This document shows positions 11,209 through 23,177 of a stretch of 64,000 nt of DNA, piece after piece. The notes under the pieces are model-generated. The model was given only the letters and a program-made list of their open reading frames with translations, ran no database searches and was not told where the DNA came from. The stretch is from Neophaeotheca triangularis. Lineage: Eukaryota. Position numbers and translations under genes: made by a program. The stretch is taken from NCBI GenBank assembly GCA_054600435.1, contig BAAIJX010000026.1, positions 186,001 through 250,000 of the forward strand, in the 5' to 3' direction. Position 1 is the stretch's first letter; the number at the start of each line of letters is the position of its first letter.

Positions 11209-13404
11209 ATGTCGAACACCATCCCTAAAGACTCTGTTGTGACCATCGAGATTGATGACGGCCCCCCTCCCCTCGTCCCTCTAAACTTCGAGGATGACGA
11301 GCTGGATGAGCTAGCGGACGATACGCTCCGTAACCTCACCCCTGGCGATGATCGGGACATTTACGAAACGCAAGTTCCCGACTTCACTTTCGTCGACACT
11401 GTCGTCGACGACTTCAAAGTCCGACCCGGCGAGACTGTTGAGCTGCTCGATGGTGACTTCTTGCGCATCGTCTACATCGTGCGGGTACCTTCAACAAATA
11501 GCAGTCAGCCATTCACAACTGGTTTCAAAGGAATCCTTATGCGCCGGTTCAAACATGTCCACGACATGCTTCCTAAAAAACTCAACGAGCTATGTATGGT
11601 GCTTAAAGCTCCCATTGGCTCGAAGGATGTCACCGCTCATAACTGTTTGGTCACACGAGAACAACATGAGGTTGTGTGCCGCCGAAACGTCGTCATTACC
11701 AACGCCATGTTCCCCTTACACAGCTTCCGTGAGGGGGATGTTTCGCCTTCACTCCGAGAGGTGATTTACGACGCCGATAGTCGCAAGCGTAAGGTTTACT
11801 GGAAGCCAAATGAGGTCGAAGAGACAGGAAAACTGGTTTGCCGATTTCGTTACACGGAGGAGTATGACATTTCGCGTGGCAAGGTTGTTGCCGAGAGCCT
11901 TATGCGAGTCACAGAAGCGGACTGTGATGCTGGTAAGGGTGTCGAAGACATCCGCCTTCGCTTAATATGGACGAACGATGATCTGGACTCTCTCAAGCAG
12001 CGTCAGGCTAAAGTTGACCTCAATTTGGTTCGCGATTCCGATTCGGAACAAACTCCCATGTGTGGCCTAGGAAAAAGGCGCCGTGAAGATACGGTCGTGA
12101 TCGATCTCACCAACGAGCCTGATACCGAGTCATCGAGGCGAAGAAGGGGCTCACGGATGGTCCAAACGCATGTTCAGAGGTACGGATCCTCTCCCGTCAC
12201 AGTCTCTGAGTCATCATCTTCGCCAACTCTCGGTACCTCTGGACGCATGCGCGACTTGAATCTAGGTGCCTCTCGCTCTCTCACATCGTCATCAACGTCG
12301 CCATGCGCCTCTACCTCTAACCGAAGCCATTCCTCGACATCGTCGTCACCCGCCACCACCATCGATCTTGAACCAGGCATAGCACCGGAGCCATACACGT
12401 ATGGCGACATCTGCTGCGGAGCTGGTGGAACTGCGATGGGTGCAGCCATGGCGGGCTTCAAAGTTCAGTTCGGAGTCGATAACTGGGCCCCTGCCATCGA
12501 GACTTTTGAGCTCAACTTTGGCAACGGAATCGAAAAGGATCTCAACACTTTCTGTATCATGGAAACTGCTCGCCTGACCGGTGGCGACATCGTAACGGTG
12601 CTGCACATTTCTTTCCCTTGCCAGGCGCATAGCCACCTCAACCAGGGAACTAACCCGGAGCGCGACCTCGAGAATATCGCTACCGGGTATTCAGTCGACC
12701 TTCTTCTGAAGAAACACAAGCCCCGTGCCGTCACTTTCGAGCAGACGCCAGGCATCCTCACGAAGCGCGGCGGTGTCCATTACCGTGCCCTTGTGAACCA
12801 ACTCACGTCGGCCGGCTACAGCCTCCGATGGAGGGTCATGAATCTTGCGGAGCACGGCAACGCTCAAGCTCGCAAGCGCCTGATAATCATCGCTTCTTGG
12901 TAAGATAGCCTCTCCCCCACCCCTAACTCGTCTCTATGCTAACACCCAACCAGCCCAGGCGAGCCCGTCCCTCAACTTCCCACACCAACCCACGGCCCAG
13001 CTTCCGGCCTGAGACCCTTAACAACCATCCACCAAGCCCTCCAACCACTCACCACGTTCGTGATCCGAGATACTCCGGAGCACATGAAGCAATTCACCCC
13101 CAAATCTCAACACAGCTACAACCGGCACGTGCCACTTCGCGGTCTCATCACCACCAGCGGCGGTGACAGCGACCTCCATCCCACGGGAACGCGCTCTTTT
13201 AATGTACAAGAGCTGGCACTGCTGCAGGGCTTTTCCATCGGCCACCAGTTCGCTAGAGCCACTAAGACGGATCTGCGCAAGATGATCGGCAATGCGGTTC
13301 CCACTGTGTTCGCTGAGCAGCTTTTCACGCAAATCAGGAAGAGTTTGGAGGAGAGTGATCGGGTAGGGGCTTTGTGGGATGGCTTAGTGAAATTGGACGA
13401 GTAG
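11209..13404 (+). CDS. RID1: RID/Masc1-family C5 cytosine DNA methyltransferase-like protein
   Basis: Motif I GDICCGAGG, motif IV ISFPCQ, motif VI FEQT (RID/Masc1 diagnostic in place of ENV), motif VIII QARKRL, motif X IGNAVP. Intron 12900-12953 joins ORFs 11209-12903 and 13060-13404 (IIASCPGE). Confidence 0.9.
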
Positions 13405-14014
13405 GCGGCGGGACCCACTTTCATTGTGGTCTCTAGCAATGGCAAGGTCGGCATTGGGGAGGCAGGGAATGGCACGGCATGGCATCAGCCTTTGCACGCG
13501 CGATTGCGACCAACGTGGCTCTTAGACAGGTCAACAAGAAGATGAAATAGACAACCGAAGCTGCAACCACTCGCAAGAGTGTCTGTATTTCCATCAGCGC
13601 TATCGTCATCAGCAGAATGACAGGATGCAAAGTAACGGGAGGAATTGCCACAAGTTGCCCATTCTGGGCTCTCTGATAGTACATAGCTCGCAAACATGGA
13701 ACTTTGGTTTCCAAGACCGACATTGGAAGAAAGGGGCATGGCACGTCATTTAATTGGCTATCAAAGTGCACCTCCTTGTACAACCCTGCCCGTACTTATC
13801 TTAAGAAAAGCTCAAAGCCGATCAGACCAACCCACAACTAGTAGAGAACTAATCAATTCACTCGACTCAACGCCACAGCTCGCGTATGCATCCAGCAAAG
13901 CCCCTCAAGCCCAAGCGCCCCGCCCAGCCTCAAACACCCACGCTCAGAAAGACAGACACAACTCCTCGAGCAGACGACCCCTTCAATAACAGCAAATTCA
14001 AACCCCCGCTCCTC

Positions 14015-15088
14015 CTAGTAAGCCCTCTGCGTCAGCCCTGGGCCCATTTGTTGCTGCTGTTGTTGTTGCGAAACAAAACCCGCGCCCCCTTGGCCCTGAC
14101 TCTGCGCCAGCCGTTGGTTCAATTCGGCGAACCACGGATGGTTCAGAGCCTGCGACGCACTGCAGCGCATCTCGGGACGGAGCTGGAGCATCTGGCCCAG
14201 CAATTGCAGACCCAGACCGTCCACCAGTGGAAGAATGTTCCGCAGCTCTTGCGTGGCGTACACTGGCCAGGAAGTCTTGTACTCAGGGAAACTGCTGATG
14301 CCCGGCCAGGAGCGTTCGGAGGGTGTCCCCATCAGCCGGAAGATCTTTTGTAGTTGGTCTTCGTTGGTGGTGCCCGGAAAGAGCGGGCGGCCCGTGAACA
14401 TTTCCGCCATGATGCAGCCGGCGCTCCAGATGTCGATGCTGGTGTTGTAGGTGCGACTGCCGAGCAGGACGTCAGGGGCACGGTACCAGAGCGTGACGAC
14501 CTCGTTGGAGAAGGTATTGACGGGGATGCCGAAGGCGCGGGCCAGCCCAAAGTCGGCGAGTTTGAGCTGACCTTGGGTGTTGATGAGGAGGTTTTGGGGT
14601 TTGAGGTCGCGGTGCAGCACGCGGTTTTCGTGGCAGAAGGCGATGCCCCTGAGAAGCTGCCACATGAAGCTTTTGATGGTGACAGCGTCGAGGGCGCCCC
14701 TTTGGCCGCCTGTGGGGTTTTGGTAGGTGTCCATGTATTTTTTGAGGTCCTTGTCCATGTATTCGAAGACGAGCATGAGCTTGTTCTCCGTGTGGATAAC
14801 GTCGTAGAGGGAGACGATGTTCTCGTGCTTAAGCTCCTTCATAAGGCTGATCTCACGGATGGCGGTGGAGGGTGTTCCTTCTTCGCTGTCGAGGTGGATC
14901 TCCTTGAGTGCTACGAATTGACCGGTTTGGCCGTTGCGGCCTTTGAACACCTTGGGGCAGCCATCTGATTAGCATACATGTATTCAGGGGTAGATTCCAC
15001 CTGAAGGCGTGTAATGACATACCGTCGCATATGTACCCTCACCCAGCTTCTCCAGCTGCTGAAAGCTAGAAGGATGTCTCTTGTCCAT
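14015..15088 (-). CDS. PHO85: Cyclin-dependent kinase Pho85/PhoA
   Basis: Exon 1 15023-15088 [22 protein letters not shown]; intron 14951-15022 (AAG acceptor); [42 protein letters not shown]. Confidence 0.97.
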
Positions 15089-15779
15089 GATTGCGACCTT
15101 GTTCCCACCTCCCAGCGATCTCACCGAAATGTTGCTGTCAGTCCTGTCACCGACGCTGAGAGTCCCGACGTGGGTGGGGTGCAGGCGTATCTCCGGCGGG
15201 GGTTTCGAGGTGAACTTGGGGTCCCAGAGGATGGCGCGCGAAGTTGTGAGTTGGTTGGCGACGGTCAGGGTTTTGGGCGCCGTGGGCACCCTCGTGAGTT
15301 TGTTGTTGTGGGGACTGCTGGAAGTGGTCGTAGGGGTTGCGCGAGACGCCTGTGGGCGAGGGGTGTGGTCGGCCGTGGTGGGTGGATGGACCTACTAGAA
15401 GGTGGGGTTGGCGGATGGGATGGGACGGGTGTGGTTGGAGGGGCGAAGAAGGATCGTTTCACATTAATGGTGAGCCAGTCGGATTGGAGTGAGGCTGATA
15501 AAAGTGTTGTTAATATGTCAGAAGTCGCGTTAATGACTGTTTCGTGTAATCTTCACAGTCTGACTCTGCCGTCCTCAATTGGTTGCGCCTACTGAAGTTC
15601 TAGGCACGGTCCCGCATGCCGGCGGCTGCACCCTTCCATACCGCCAGCAAGGTCACTTCACGCCTCTAGACCAACACCGGGCTCTTCTGGCATATTCATA
15701 CACTGCTACACGGGGCGGTCTGGCAAGCAACATAGACGGACGGCGATGAAGGATTCAGGCCTCCACGCTGCCACCGCAT

Positions 15780-16770
15780 GATTTGAGCAATGTCCGCTAT
15801 CAATAGGAGGCAGGGCTATTCAGGAACATAGCCACGGAAAGCACACCTCGTTAGGGGCAGACGCCACAAGACACATTGAAGAGTACCTAATCTTCGACAA
15901 CGCTATGCCAAGATCGCCAGTAGAAACTTCAGCCGAAGGTCAAAGTACTCAGCGCCAACAGTAGACCCTATCCTCGAGCACCGCCTTCCCGAAGTCCTGG
16001 ACCTGGCACCCAATGTCAACGCCATCCTCCGCTGCCGCCTGCAAGATCTTTGCCAGGCTAAACCCAACTATCTAGAACTAGCCAGCGAAGGCAACGATCT
16101 AATCGTTCAAGACAAGCGTACCACGCTCTCCGAGCGCCTGGGCGATGTAATACCAATGCCACCCTAGGAGCTCCCCACCGACCGCCGAGAAACCCCTGGA
16201 TTCCAAGCTTCTTCACTGCGCCTCGAGAGCGAAGACGACGACGTCATCAAACCGCTGCAGAAGCTGCAAGGCTGCAAAGTTCGCAAGCCCCACGGGCGGT
16301 TCGCATGGTTCAAACCCTGCAATTTCAGGAAAGAGGCCTTCCTCCGGGAATTGCGACTGCTGGAATCCGTCCGGGACGCGGTTTCTGTGACAAGGACGGC
16401 AGGTTGTCGCGGCTTCTAGGCCTCTTCACGGCTGTTTCTCAAGACAGCGGGGAGAAGTTTTTGGTAGGAATGCTGATAGATTGATTCCGCCTTCGTCAGG
16501 GGGCCCGCATCTACTGAGCCAGAGGGTTGGGCGACCTAAGAAGTTTGGCGAGGAGTAGCGCAGGCAAGTTGTTAGGACGGTTGCCTTGTCTCACAATCAT
16601 GGTGTTTGCCGGGGTGGTGTGACTGTGCAACACTGTTATCGACGAGCGTTCCAATGCCTGGATTATAGATTTTGGTGGTAGCAACAATGTAGATGTTGTT
16701 GGTGATGAGCTGGCTGAAACCTATGAAGGCGATTGGTAAAGCGCTGGAAGAATTTTGGACAGTTCAGTTA
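15780..16770 (+). pseudogene. Disrupted fungal protein-kinase-like gene
   Basis: Translated fragments AWFKP...AFLRELRLL, LVGMLID, VIDERSNAWIIDFGGSNN...LAETYEGDW*. In-frame stops at 16165, 16556 and 16737 plus frameshifts; 5' limit approximate. Confidence 0.75.
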
Positions 16771-16833
16771 GCGATGCATCCCCGGCTGTCTAAGCAATAT
16801 AGTAACGTTTCTCATGACTACAGTCCGCTACCA

Positions 16834-17748
16834 CTACATCCCCGCGGCAATCTTTTTCACCAATTCCTCTACGTCGCCCTCACTCATCCCCTCGATTCCC
16901 AGAAGCGTATTATCAGTCTGCTCAAAGCCACCCCCATACCCCTCTCTGAAGGCACCGCTCATCAGAAAAGTCATCATAGCAAGCCCAATGGACTCCCCTT
17001 TGCCACTTGCCAACATCTCATAAGCCTGGCGCTCCGTCTCGGCCGTCTTCTTATCGTCGACCGTCCACCCCTCAGCCCCGACAACCCTCTGCGCAATCCC
17101 CAACAACTGGTTCTGCGTCAGCAAGCAATCATGAATCCTCACAGCCCGGTTGGCCGTCTCCTCCGGTCGCTTCAGCACACCCACAACCCCCTGCCCGACC
17201 GTCGACAACCGTGTGGCGCTAAACTTGTTGTCCCCGCCGTCGAAGCGTGTCAACTTCTTGTTCTTGAGATCGATCAAAAAGCCAACTCGCACACCCCAAT
17301 CGAGGAAAGCCGAGTTCAAAACGAGCGTGTACGTCAGACCCGACTCCTGCGCTTTGGCTTCGAGGTACTTGGCTGTCTCGACTTTGCTCTTGTAGACTGG
17401 CAATTGAGCAGCCTTTGGGTTGGTAGTGTCGCACCCAAACTCAGAGGGGATGAAGCGCTGAACGCCCGCTGAGACGGCGGCGTCGATGAGTAATTGCTGC
17501 TGTTCCACGCCTGCGGAGTTGACGTTAGAGATCACCGCGTCCTGGCCTTGTAGAGCGGCGGTGAGGCTGGTGATGGAGTTGTAGTCGACCCTGGCGACTT
17601 TGACAGTGGGGGGAAAGGTCGAATCGGAGTTCGTGCGTGTGAGGACTGTGATGTTGAAGATGTTGGCGGAGAGGAGGGCTGAGAGAACCGGGGCGCCTAG
17701 GTTGCCGGTTGCGCCTGCTAGGGCGACGTTTTTGATGGTTGTTGGCAT
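16834..17748 (-). CDS. NmrA/isoflavone-reductase family NAD(P)-binding oxidoreductase (CipA-like)
   Basis: VALAGATGNLG Rossmann motif, GVQRFIPSEFG, VYKSK; 304 aa. Confidence 0.93.
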   Translation of the reverse strand: MPTTIKNVALAGATGNLGAPVLSALLSANIFNITVLTRTNSDSTFPPTVKVARVDYNSITSLTAALQGQDAVISNVNSAGVEQQQLLIDAAVSAGVQRFIPSEFGCDTTNPKAAQLPVYKSKVETAKYLEAKAQESGLTYTLVLNSAFLDWGVRVGFLIDLKNKKLTRFDGGDNKFSATRLSTVGQGVVGVLKRPEETANRAVRIHDCLLTQNQLLGIAQRVVGAEGWTVDDKKTAETERQAYEMLASGKGESIGLAMMTFLMSGAFREGYGGGFEQTDNTLLGIEGMSEGDVEELVKKIAAGM

Positions 17749-18544
17749 TGCAGTCGGTCGCTGGTGAGGTGAAGGGAGTATCTGCGGTCGATCACTTGGT
17801 GCTTCTCTTGGGGGACTCGAAGGTGTTCTTGAACGGAGAGAAAGGGAAGTACTTACTCGCGGTGGGTCTGTGTATACCTTTGGTACCTACCGTATTCTTC
17901 TAGAACCCTCCAAATGGCGGAGATCAATACAGACCTTCTCACCCATCACCGCGCGCCTCTGTGTAGGCTTAGCAATGAAGCCGTCTGAGTCCGCGAAAGC
18001 ACTGCGCCGGGTCGGAGATGGCGATGAATGATAGTCCCGACAACATTACAAAGCATTTTATCGGGTTTCTAGTTCTCGCATTGGAGTAGGCCCGCGCCCG
18101 GGCAGAATCAGAGGTTACTAGTAACTTGTTAGAGTGACGAATCGGCAGACGGACTTCCAACCAAGGTTCTCAGACTCATGGGCAGTGTCAGCGCGGAAAG
18201 CATCCGCTTACCGATTGACACTCAGAGCCGGGTTAAGCACGAAAGACGGAATGAGACGAGGTGCAGAAGAGAACTGGTATGTTTTCGGGGCAAATTCAAT
18301 GTGATGTTGAATCAGGGAATATTTTTCAGGTTCAGGATTCGTTGCACCATTTTCAGCTGATCTTCTAAAAGTCGAGGTCGAACATGGGGCGAAGGGCGAA
18401 GCAGAGGAGGTAACGTTACTGTATGTAGATCTACAATTGATAGCACGTGACAGCGCAAAGCTCTCGCGTTCCGCATCCACCACCGCCCAACTTGGAGACG
18501 AGCTCTCGAACCTTCACAAGCCATCGTCTGGTGTCACGGCCATC

Positions 18545-21406
18545 ATGCCTCCTGACGCTCAGGACCCGGCAGAGCCTCCAGTCCGACTTTCATTGCCCCT
18601 GGAATACCAACAAGAACTCTTCCACTCCCAGCGCGAAGAGGACTCGCTTCTGGTCCTAGCTCGCGGTCTCGGCCTCCTCCGGCTCGTCACCAACCTCCTC
18701 CACTCGTACGATGCAGCCGGTCAGAACCTCATCCTGCTCGTGGGCGCAGACGATCGAGAAAACACCTGGATCGGAGAAGCGCTCGCTGAGCATGCCGCCA
18801 TCTCGCGCAGTCCCAAGGCCCGAGGACTGCAATTGGTCAATACCGACTTGATGAGTGTTACGACGAGGCAGAAGATGTATGGGGGAGGGGGAATTTTCAG
18901 CATCACCAGCCGGATACTGATTGTAGACTTGCTCTCTGGGCTGTTAGATCCCGGCATGGTGACGGGGATGGTGGTGCTGCATGCTGAGAGACTGGCCGCG
19001 ACGAGTCTGGAGGCCTTCATTGTGCGCATATACAGGCAGAAGAACAAGAAGGGGTTTCTTAAAGCGGTGTCGGATCAACCCGAACCGTTTACGAGTGGTT
19101 TTCAGCCCCTGACTGCTGTCTTGCGGAATTTGTTCCTAAGAAAACCGGTGCTGTACCCGCGGTTTCATGTTACAGTAGCGAAGAGCTTGGAAGGCAGAAG
19201 GAAAGCTGAGGTCATCGAGCTCGAGGTGCCTATGACAGAGGCCATGAGGGAGATACAAAACGCAGTCCTGGAGTGCGTGGAGGTAAGCATCACAGAGCTC
19301 AAGAAGGGAAATAGCGGCCTCGAAATGGACGACTGGAATCTAGATAGTGCTTTGCACAGATCGTTCGACACTATTATTCGGAGACAACTGGATCCTGTGT
19401 GGCACAGGACGAGCTTCCGGACTAAGCAAATCGTGCGAGACTTGTCAATGTTGAGGACCATATTGCACTCTCTCCTTTCCTTTGACGCGGTAGCTTTTAA
19501 CAAGTATCTCGACACCGTACTCGCGGCATCCTCTCCCCCTCCAAACTCGACACGAGGAAACCAATCTCCATGGCTCTTTCTAGACGCCGCTCACACTATG
19601 TTCGAGACTGCTAGACGGCGAGTCTACACCGGCAAGATCAAAGACGGCACGGCTACTAGTTCTGGCCCAGATGCGCTCAAACCCGTTCTTGAAGAAATGC
19701 CGAAATGGGCGTTACTGGCGGAGATCTTGGAGGAGATCGAGCGTGATGTCTTTTTCAATCCCCAGCCGCAGGACGAGAGCAGCGGTTCGATACTCATAAT
19801 GTGCGGTGACCAGGGGACGTGTCGCCAATTGCGTGAATACCTTCAAACCATGCAAGTACACGAGCCAGAGGACACCAACGGCAACGAGGCGGACGGTGAT
19901 GATGAGGTGCAATTCCTAGATGAGGCCGAGCGAAAACCAAGCGGCAAATTCATGATGAAGAAGAAGCTACGAAATTACTTGCAATGGAAGCGAGACTTTG
20001 CAAGAGTGAGCAATAACCTCTTCATGGAGAATCAAAAGGCTATAAGTACGGCTTCGAATCAACATGGTGGCGGTCAAAATAGAGCTCGCGGGCCTCCGAA
20101 CAAGCGCAGACGAGTAAGAGGAGGCGGTGCGACTGCAAATAGCGCCAATAGGGCCGCGAATGGCAGCGTGGGCGTTGCTGGTGATAAAGATGCACACATC
20201 CAAAGCCTGCTGAACGACCTCGCACCAAATGAAGCAGACGATGCAACCGCCGCGAGACTGGACCTAGGCGCCGACCCACTAGATAATATGGACGACTATT
20301 ACGAACTCTACGACATGAAAGACTTACTACTAATACACCCCTACGACGGCGACATGGACGACCACCTCCTCGAAGAAACAAAACCTCGATACGTGATTAT
20401 GTACGAGCCAGACGCAGCCTTTATTCGCCGCATCGAAGTCTACCGCTCCTCACACGCCAACCGGCAAGTTCGCGTCTATTTCATGTACTATGGCGGCAGT
20501 GTAGAAGAGCAACGCTACCTCTCCGCCGTGCGCCGCGAAAAAGACGCCTTCACTAAACTCATCCGTGAGCGCGGCAACATGGCCTTGACCTTCACCCACG
20601 ACTCCGCTACAAACGACCAACAAGAATCCTTCCTCCGCACAGTCAACACGCGCATAGCCGGTGGAGGCCGCCTAGCTGCAACCGCCGAACCTCCCCGCGT
20701 CGTAGTAGACGTCCGCGAGTTCCGCTCCTCGCTGCCCTCCCTCTGCCACGGCCGCAACATGGAAATCATTCCCTGCATGCTCACAGTCGGCGACTACGTG
20801 CTAACGCCCGACATCTGCATCGAGCGCAAAAGCATCAAAGACCTCATCTCCTCGTTCGCCGACGGCCGCCTCTACAACCAAACCGAAACCATGTTCCAGC
20901 ACTACAAGTCGCCCATGCTGCTGATCGAGTTCGACGCGCAAAAAGCCTTCACCCTCGAGCCCTTTGCTGACCTCTCCCACTCCCTCGGCAGCGCCGTCGG
21001 CGGCTCCACGGACTTGCAATCCAAAATCGTCATGCTAACCCTCGCGTTCCCCAAACTCCGCGTTATCTGGTCGTCGTCACCTTACCAAACGGCGGAGATT
21101 TTCGAAGAGCTGAAGAAGTCTCAGGACGAGCCGGATCCGCACAAGGCCGTGCTGATTGGGCTCGAGGATGGCGATGATCCTGAAGCCCGGACTTTTAGCC
21201 AAGTGCCCCAGGATATGCTGAGGAGTGTGCCTGGCGTGACGGCGCAAAGTTTGCAGCAGATTGTGCTGAATTTGCGTGATGTGGGCGAGGTGGCGAATTC
21301 GAGTGAGGAGGAGTTGGCGGAGTTGATTGGGCGGGAGAATGCTAGGCAGATTGTTGGATTTTTTGGGCGGAGTGTTTGGGAGGAGGTCGGGGAGGTCGAT
21401 GGGTAG
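18545..21406 (+). CDS. RAD1: XPF/Rad1 (ERCC4) structure-specific DNA repair endonuclease
   Basis: SRILIVDLL helicase-like region, VVVDVREFRSSLP, GDYVL...ERKS nuclease motif, C-terminal HhH; first ATG at 18545. Confidence 0.97.
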   Translation: MPPDAQDPAEPPVRLSLPLEYQQELFHSQREEDSLLVLARGLGLLRLVTNLLHSYDAAGQNLILLVGADDRENTWIGEALAEHAAISRSPKARGLQLVNTDLMSVTTRQKMYGGGGIFSITSRILIVDLLSGLLDPGMVTGMVVLHAERLAATSLEAFIVRIYRQKNKKGFLKAVSDQPEPFTSGFQPLTAVLRNLFLRKPVLYPRFHVTVAKSLEGRRKAEVIELEVPMTEAMREIQNAVLECVEVSITELKKGNSGLEMDDWNLDSALHRSFDTIIRRQLDPVWHRTSFRTKQIVRDLSMLRTILHSLLSFDAVAFNKYLDTVLAASSPPPNSTRGNQSPWLFLDAAHTMFETARRRVYTGKIKDGTATSSGPDALKPVLEEMPKWALLAEILEEIERDVFFNPQPQDESSGSILIMCGDQGTCRQLREYLQTMQVHEPEDTNGNEADGDDEVQFLDEAERKPSGKFMMKKKLRNYLQWKRDFARVSNNLFMENQKAISTASNQHGGGQNRARGPPNKRRRVRGGGATANSANRAANGSVGVAGDKDAHIQSLLNDLAPNEADDATAARLDLGADPLDNMDDYYELYDMKDLLLIHPYDGDMDDHLLEETKPRYVIMYEPDAAFIRRIEVYRSSHANRQVRVYFMYYGGSVEEQRYLSAVRREKDAFTKLIRERGNMALTFTHDSATNDQQESFLRTVNTRIAGGGRLAATAEPPRVVVDVREFRSSLPSLCHGRNMEIIPCMLTVGDYVLTPDICIERKSIKDLISSFADGRLYNQTETMFQHYKSPMLLIEFDAQKAFTLEPFADLSHSLGSAVGGSTDLQSKIVMLTLAFPKLRVIWSSSPYQTAEIFEELKKSQDEPDPHKAVLIGLEDGDDPEARTFSQVPQDMLRSVPGVTAQSLQQIVLNLRDVGEVANSSEEELAELIGRENARQIVGFFGRSVWEEVGEVDG

Positions 21407-21596
21407 CAGGGTAGAGTGCCTGTGATGATCACTATCTCCGATTGGTTCTGTCGTTTGTTGTTGTAGTAGTACAGTACAGTACAGTGGTAGATACCCCCCC
21501 AATGCAATCTAGCTTCATACATTCCTACTGCAGCGCCATCAAACGCCCATCAGAAGCAAAAGTGAGATGAGAAAGTCGCGAGAGAAAGGGAGCCAA

Positions 21597-22206
21597 CTAC
21601 CGCGCGATCGACCCCTTGATCTCCTGCCTCCTGGCCTCGGCCTCCGCTTCCGCAGCCCTCCTGGCCTCGACCTGCTGCCGGATTCCAAGTTGCCGCCGCT
21701 CCTCCTCTTTGTTCTCCATGACCGTCCAGACTACAAACCCCAAACAGCGTCAGTCCAACGAAAACACCCCTCACAAAACATGTAAACGCAGCGTAGCAAG
21801 ATGGCCACGGCAAAAGGGTAAAGGAAAACACTCACGTGGTTTATCGCTCTTGGAGTACTCCTTCAACCTGCCGACAAAATTGTCGAAATCCTCTTGCTTG
21901 CCCTTGCGGTTCTCCAGCGAGCGGCGTTGGAGCTCTGGGTTGTATCTCTGCAGCGAAGTACAAAGATTAACCACTATTCTAGGACGGAATGTTTGGAGGT
22001 TTCTTTGGGGTTCTTCTCTTACCGTGAAGAGTTCTTCTTCCGAGGGCGTAACATAGTAGATTAGTGCTGGGCCGCCGATGCAGCATATGCCGCCTCTGCA
22101 AAGGGGGGAAAAGGAATTAGTCGCTGGAGTGGAAGATGGGGAGGGCCGATGGTGGTTGAGGGGGAATGTACGCTGCTAGCATTTTTACATATGTTATGCT
22201 CTTCAT
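21597..22206 (-). CDS. CBP4: Cytochrome bc1 assembly factor Cbp4
   Basis: Four exons 22172-22206, 22023-22095, 21836-21947, 21597-21730 give [50 protein letters not shown]...[11 protein letters not shown]. Confidence 0.9.
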
Positions 22207-23177
22207 GGTGAGGAGTGGGTTGTTGTGGCGAGTGCGGAGGGGGATTAATGAGGTTGGCCGGCGGAACCAGTGTTGCTCTGGTACGGATTCAAAGGCGGAT
22301 TCACTGTTACTTCCTTCGATCCGATGCGGTAAATGTGGTGTTATTAGTCTTGGTGATTAGGAGGTGTACCTAACTCATACCCAACGATTATCTAATGCAT
22401 GTCGTCCACCCGTAGCACTTGGACTCGATCCTCCCGGCCCGCGTGCTTCGGCTGGAAGCGGACGCCACAGTTATAGTAGCAGGGGACCTCAGCCACAGTC
22501 CACGGCGACAGTACCACGTGAGTACCTTTACCTCGAAGCTTCCTGTCGGGTTACTCGACAACCTCAGGAGGCTTTAATTGGTCGCGCATCAGGGCGCCTG
22601 AAACATATTTGCCAGTAGTAGGACTGACTGACTGCTCCCGTCCCACGAACCTTTCATGCCCATTCCTGCTTCCTTGTTGGACGAGACGGCAGCAGTCTCA
22701 CTCCACGGCACTTCTCCTCACTACAGCCTCACTTCCAAGAGGTACAGCTACCTACTCCCTCCCTCCCTCCTTTTCCACTACTCCCCTTTGCGAATCCGCC
22801 AAGTCCACTCTCGCTCGCCTGACTGGCCTGGCCTGGCCCTGCCGCTCTTTCTTGCATAAACATTCCAGCTTCGGCTGCTACTACGCTCTTCACTACTGGT
22901 TGATCCACCGAACACTGGTCGAATGTCTAATTAATAGCCTACGTCCCTGTTGATCTTTCACTCGCTTGCTCTGTCTACCTGGACCCAAAACTTGGCCATC
23001 AGACTGGACATTGGACGTGTCTGGCACCGTACGATTGACGCTTCCGTATACGCTCTTTTGGAAAAGTGTCTAGGGTGCCGGACATCCTGGGACACAACCT
23101 TCAGTCTTGCTCGCTAGCTTGCTTGGGTTGCATTGCCATGAGCTGGGCAGTATAACATCGATCACGATTCTGGAAAT

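Noticed and set aside
14951..14953. AAG splice acceptor in PHO85
   Set aside because: Uncommon but a recognised acceptor variant; the spliced protein is canonical.
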